A DNA stretch of 29,200 nucleotides from assembly GCA_964598775.1 (NCBI GenBank), contig CAZRDG010000001.1:1-29200 (forward strand), in the 5' to 3' direction. The DNA comes from an uncultured Lacinutrix sp. (lineage in GTDB: Bacteria > Bacteroidota > Bacteroidia > Flavobacteriales > Flavobacteriaceae). A program made the translations under genes and the position numbers. Shown here one piece after another: positions 27,590-29,200 of the stretch; position 1 is the first letter of the stretch, and every line of letters starts with the position of its first letter. Under the pieces are notes generated by a model. The model did not search any database and was not told the origin of the DNA. It saw only the letters and a program-made list of their open reading frames with translations.

Positions 27590-29101
27590 TTAATTCATTG
27601 CTTTGGACTTATTGATTAGGTCCAATGTTGTAAGATATAAATCTTCATTATCTATTTTACTTTTTAACCAAGCGTAAAAGCTTATAACAAAGATATCCTC
27701 TTTTATTGGACCAATCCATTCAAAGGAAGTCTCTATGTGTGATTTGAATTTAGTTTCTAATGTTTTTTCAGGAGTTTTATAAAAGGTTTCAATTATCAAG
27801 AGATAGGTGATAACTCGATCTTGTTTATTTTTTTTTAAATATTTAAAGTAACTTCTTTTAAAGCTTGCTATCCGAGATTCTACAAGATCAATATTTTTAA
27901 GTTCAATATGTAATAGTATTTCAATTAAGTTTTTTTTAATTACCCATTCAATGCCAACTTTTTTGATATACCATTGATCTGTATGATACAGTTTAGAAAA
28001 TTGGGTATGTGCCCTTTTGTAATTTTGTTGCTGAAAATAAAACGTTATTAAACTTAGCTTAATATTGAATAAAATTTCTATATCTTGATGGTTTAGATCA
28101 GATATTGGTTCAAGAGTTTCAATAGCTTGTGGTTGTTTATTTGTGTAATTTAAATTTAAGCCAAGAAGAAGATTATATTTTAATTTAAAGGTATTAAAAT
28201 GCTTCTTTTTTTTCTCAATCATTAAATTTTCCATGTGCTCCAAGTAACTTAAAGATTCTTGAAATTTTTTATTCCGGAAAAGTGTATTTGCTATGAGATA
28301 AACAACATGTATATGGTAATATAATTGTTTGTCTTTATGACTATGTGTTCTGATAGATTTGTAAGTATTCAGTAAAAAAGGCTCTATTTTTAAGTAATCA
28401 TTAGTTACGAATGCTGAAATACTGACTATCGTCATTAATTGATATATTGATTTAAAAGATAAAGCTTCATTTAAATCAATATTATATTCGGTTAGTGTGT
28501 TATTAAGAATATTTTGAAAATCAACCACTTCACCTTGAAAGCTAATTTCATTCAGGGTTTGTCTTATTTTTGCATAGACAATATTAAGTTGATTTTCTAA
28601 ATGATGGTTTTTCTGGTTTAATTGAAACTTATAAATCAGATTATCAATATTATGTTGATTATATGAATAGCTGTATTGAATTTGAGTGTGATAAATTTCA
28701 CTTAGCAAAGTGAATAAATAATGTTCATTAGCGAGAGCTTCAGCCTTATTTAATATATGATAAGCAACTTTATATTGACCTTTTTGCAAAAATATTCGAG
28801 CTGCTAATATGTATTTTATGATTTGTATGTCAATTGAATTAACTTCTTCAAGGGTCATATTTGCAATAAATTCAATAAGAGATTGATAAAGTCTCTTTCT
28901 TAATGCATGATAGGCATTTGGCTTATTAGAACTATATAGTCTAGAACTAATTTCTTTTGAAGTCAGTTCATTTTTCACTAATAGTTTAAACAACTGAATA
29001 TTTTTAATGTCTTTACGTTTATTCTTTTGCCTTAAATAATTGATAAATCGTTGTTGCTCTTCAGTTGTGAAGCTTAAGGAAATATCACTTATATAATTCA
29101 T
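27590..29101 (-). CDS. 503-aa hypothetical protein with an N-terminal HTH-like segment and TPR-like repeats; putative transcriptional regulator
   Basis: Long uninterrupted ORF with no signal peptide or TM segment. HTH-like residues ~47-75 (TSKEISSRLYSSNKPNAYHALRKRL) are followed by TPR-like units such as ARIFLQKGQYKVAYHILNKA and ANTLFRNKKFQESLSYLEHM. Function is inferred. Confidence 0.75.
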   Translation of the reverse strand: MNYISDISLSFTTEEQQRFINYLRQKNKRKDIKNIQLFKLLVKNELTSKEISSRLYSSNKPNAYHALRKRLYQSLIEFIANMTLEEVNSIDIQIIKYILAARIFLQKGQYKVAYHILNKAEALANEHYLFTLLSEIYHTQIQYSYSYNQHNIDNLIYKFQLNQKNHHLENQLNIVYAKIRQTLNEISFQGEVVDFQNILNNTLTEYNIDLNEALSFKSIYQLMTIVSISAFVTNDYLKIEPFLLNTYKSIRTHSHKDKQLYYHIHVVYLIANTLFRNKKFQESLSYLEHMENLMIEKKKKHFNTFKLKYNLLLGLNLNYTNKQPQAIETLEPISDLNHQDIEILFNIKLSLITFYFQQQNYKRAHTQFSKLYHTDQWYIKKVGIEWVIKKNLIEILLHIELKNIDLVESRIASFKRSYFKYLKKNKQDRVITYLLIIETFYKTPEKTLETKFKSHIETSFEWIGPIKEDIFVISFYAWLKSKIDNEDLYLTTLDLINKSKAMN

Positions 29102-29172
29102 TATATCGTCATTATAATTTTTAAAAATCCTTATAATATAATACTTTATTATATAAAATTTAAATAAATATC

Positions 29173-29200
29173 GTCAGTTTATTTGAAAAATTATACTGAC
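29173..29200. repeat. Inverted repeat GTCAGT-N16-ACTGAC, operator-like, cut by the window edge
   Basis: Arms at 29173-29178 and 29195-29200. The left arm overlaps ATATCGTCA (29168-29176), which is repeated directly at 29103-29111. Confidence 0.5.

Noticed and set aside
27828-27836. A9 run (T9 on the plus strand) in the 503-aa gene, and similar 8-nt runs near 22970 and 27930, as phase-variation sites
   Set aside because: Runs of this length in Lys/Asn codons are common in AT-rich genomes, and the frames are intact
27590-29101. Lower GC of the 503-aa gene as evidence of horizontal transfer
   Set aside because: comEC looks similarly AT-rich, as weakly expressed genes often are, and no mobility signatures flank the gene

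Overview
AT-rich chromosomal window from a Bacteroidota genome, most likely Flavobacteriaceae (inferred from the T9SS C-terminal sorting domain, TAnnTTTG promoter elements, Shine-Dalgarno-free A-rich leaders and mevalonate-pathway genes). It is mostly core housekeeping and envelope genes: a CorC/HlyC CBS protein (5' end outside the window), a PpiD-like chaperone, HMG-CoA reductase with a GYDIA-type GHMP kinase, two POT peptide transporters, a thioredoxin-like protein, ComEC, an NlpC/P60 lipoprotein, a Spy/CpxP-like protein, a D-cysteine desulfhydrase-like enzyme with a glucosaminidase-LysM, a 1390-aa T9SS adhesin-like protein, an HExxH mini-protein, a 53-aa Cys-rich ORF missed by the supplied track and coupled to hutU, a DUF4136 lipoprotein, prc with an orphan ABC permease, surE-hyp-lpxB, and a 503-aa HTH+TPR-like protein. 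I saw no rRNA, tRNA, CRISPR array, transposase or integrase. The best candidate for an undescribed system is the 503-aa HTH/TPR-like putative regulator with repeated and palindromic sites directly upstream. Other leads are two sigma-54-like promoters, a possible CpxQ-like 3'UTR sRNA, a uORF and stem in the POT leader, the Cys-rich/hutU and desulfhydrase/glucosaminidase couplings, and a possible ~15 kb inversion. All family assignments come from motif recognition, not from database searches.
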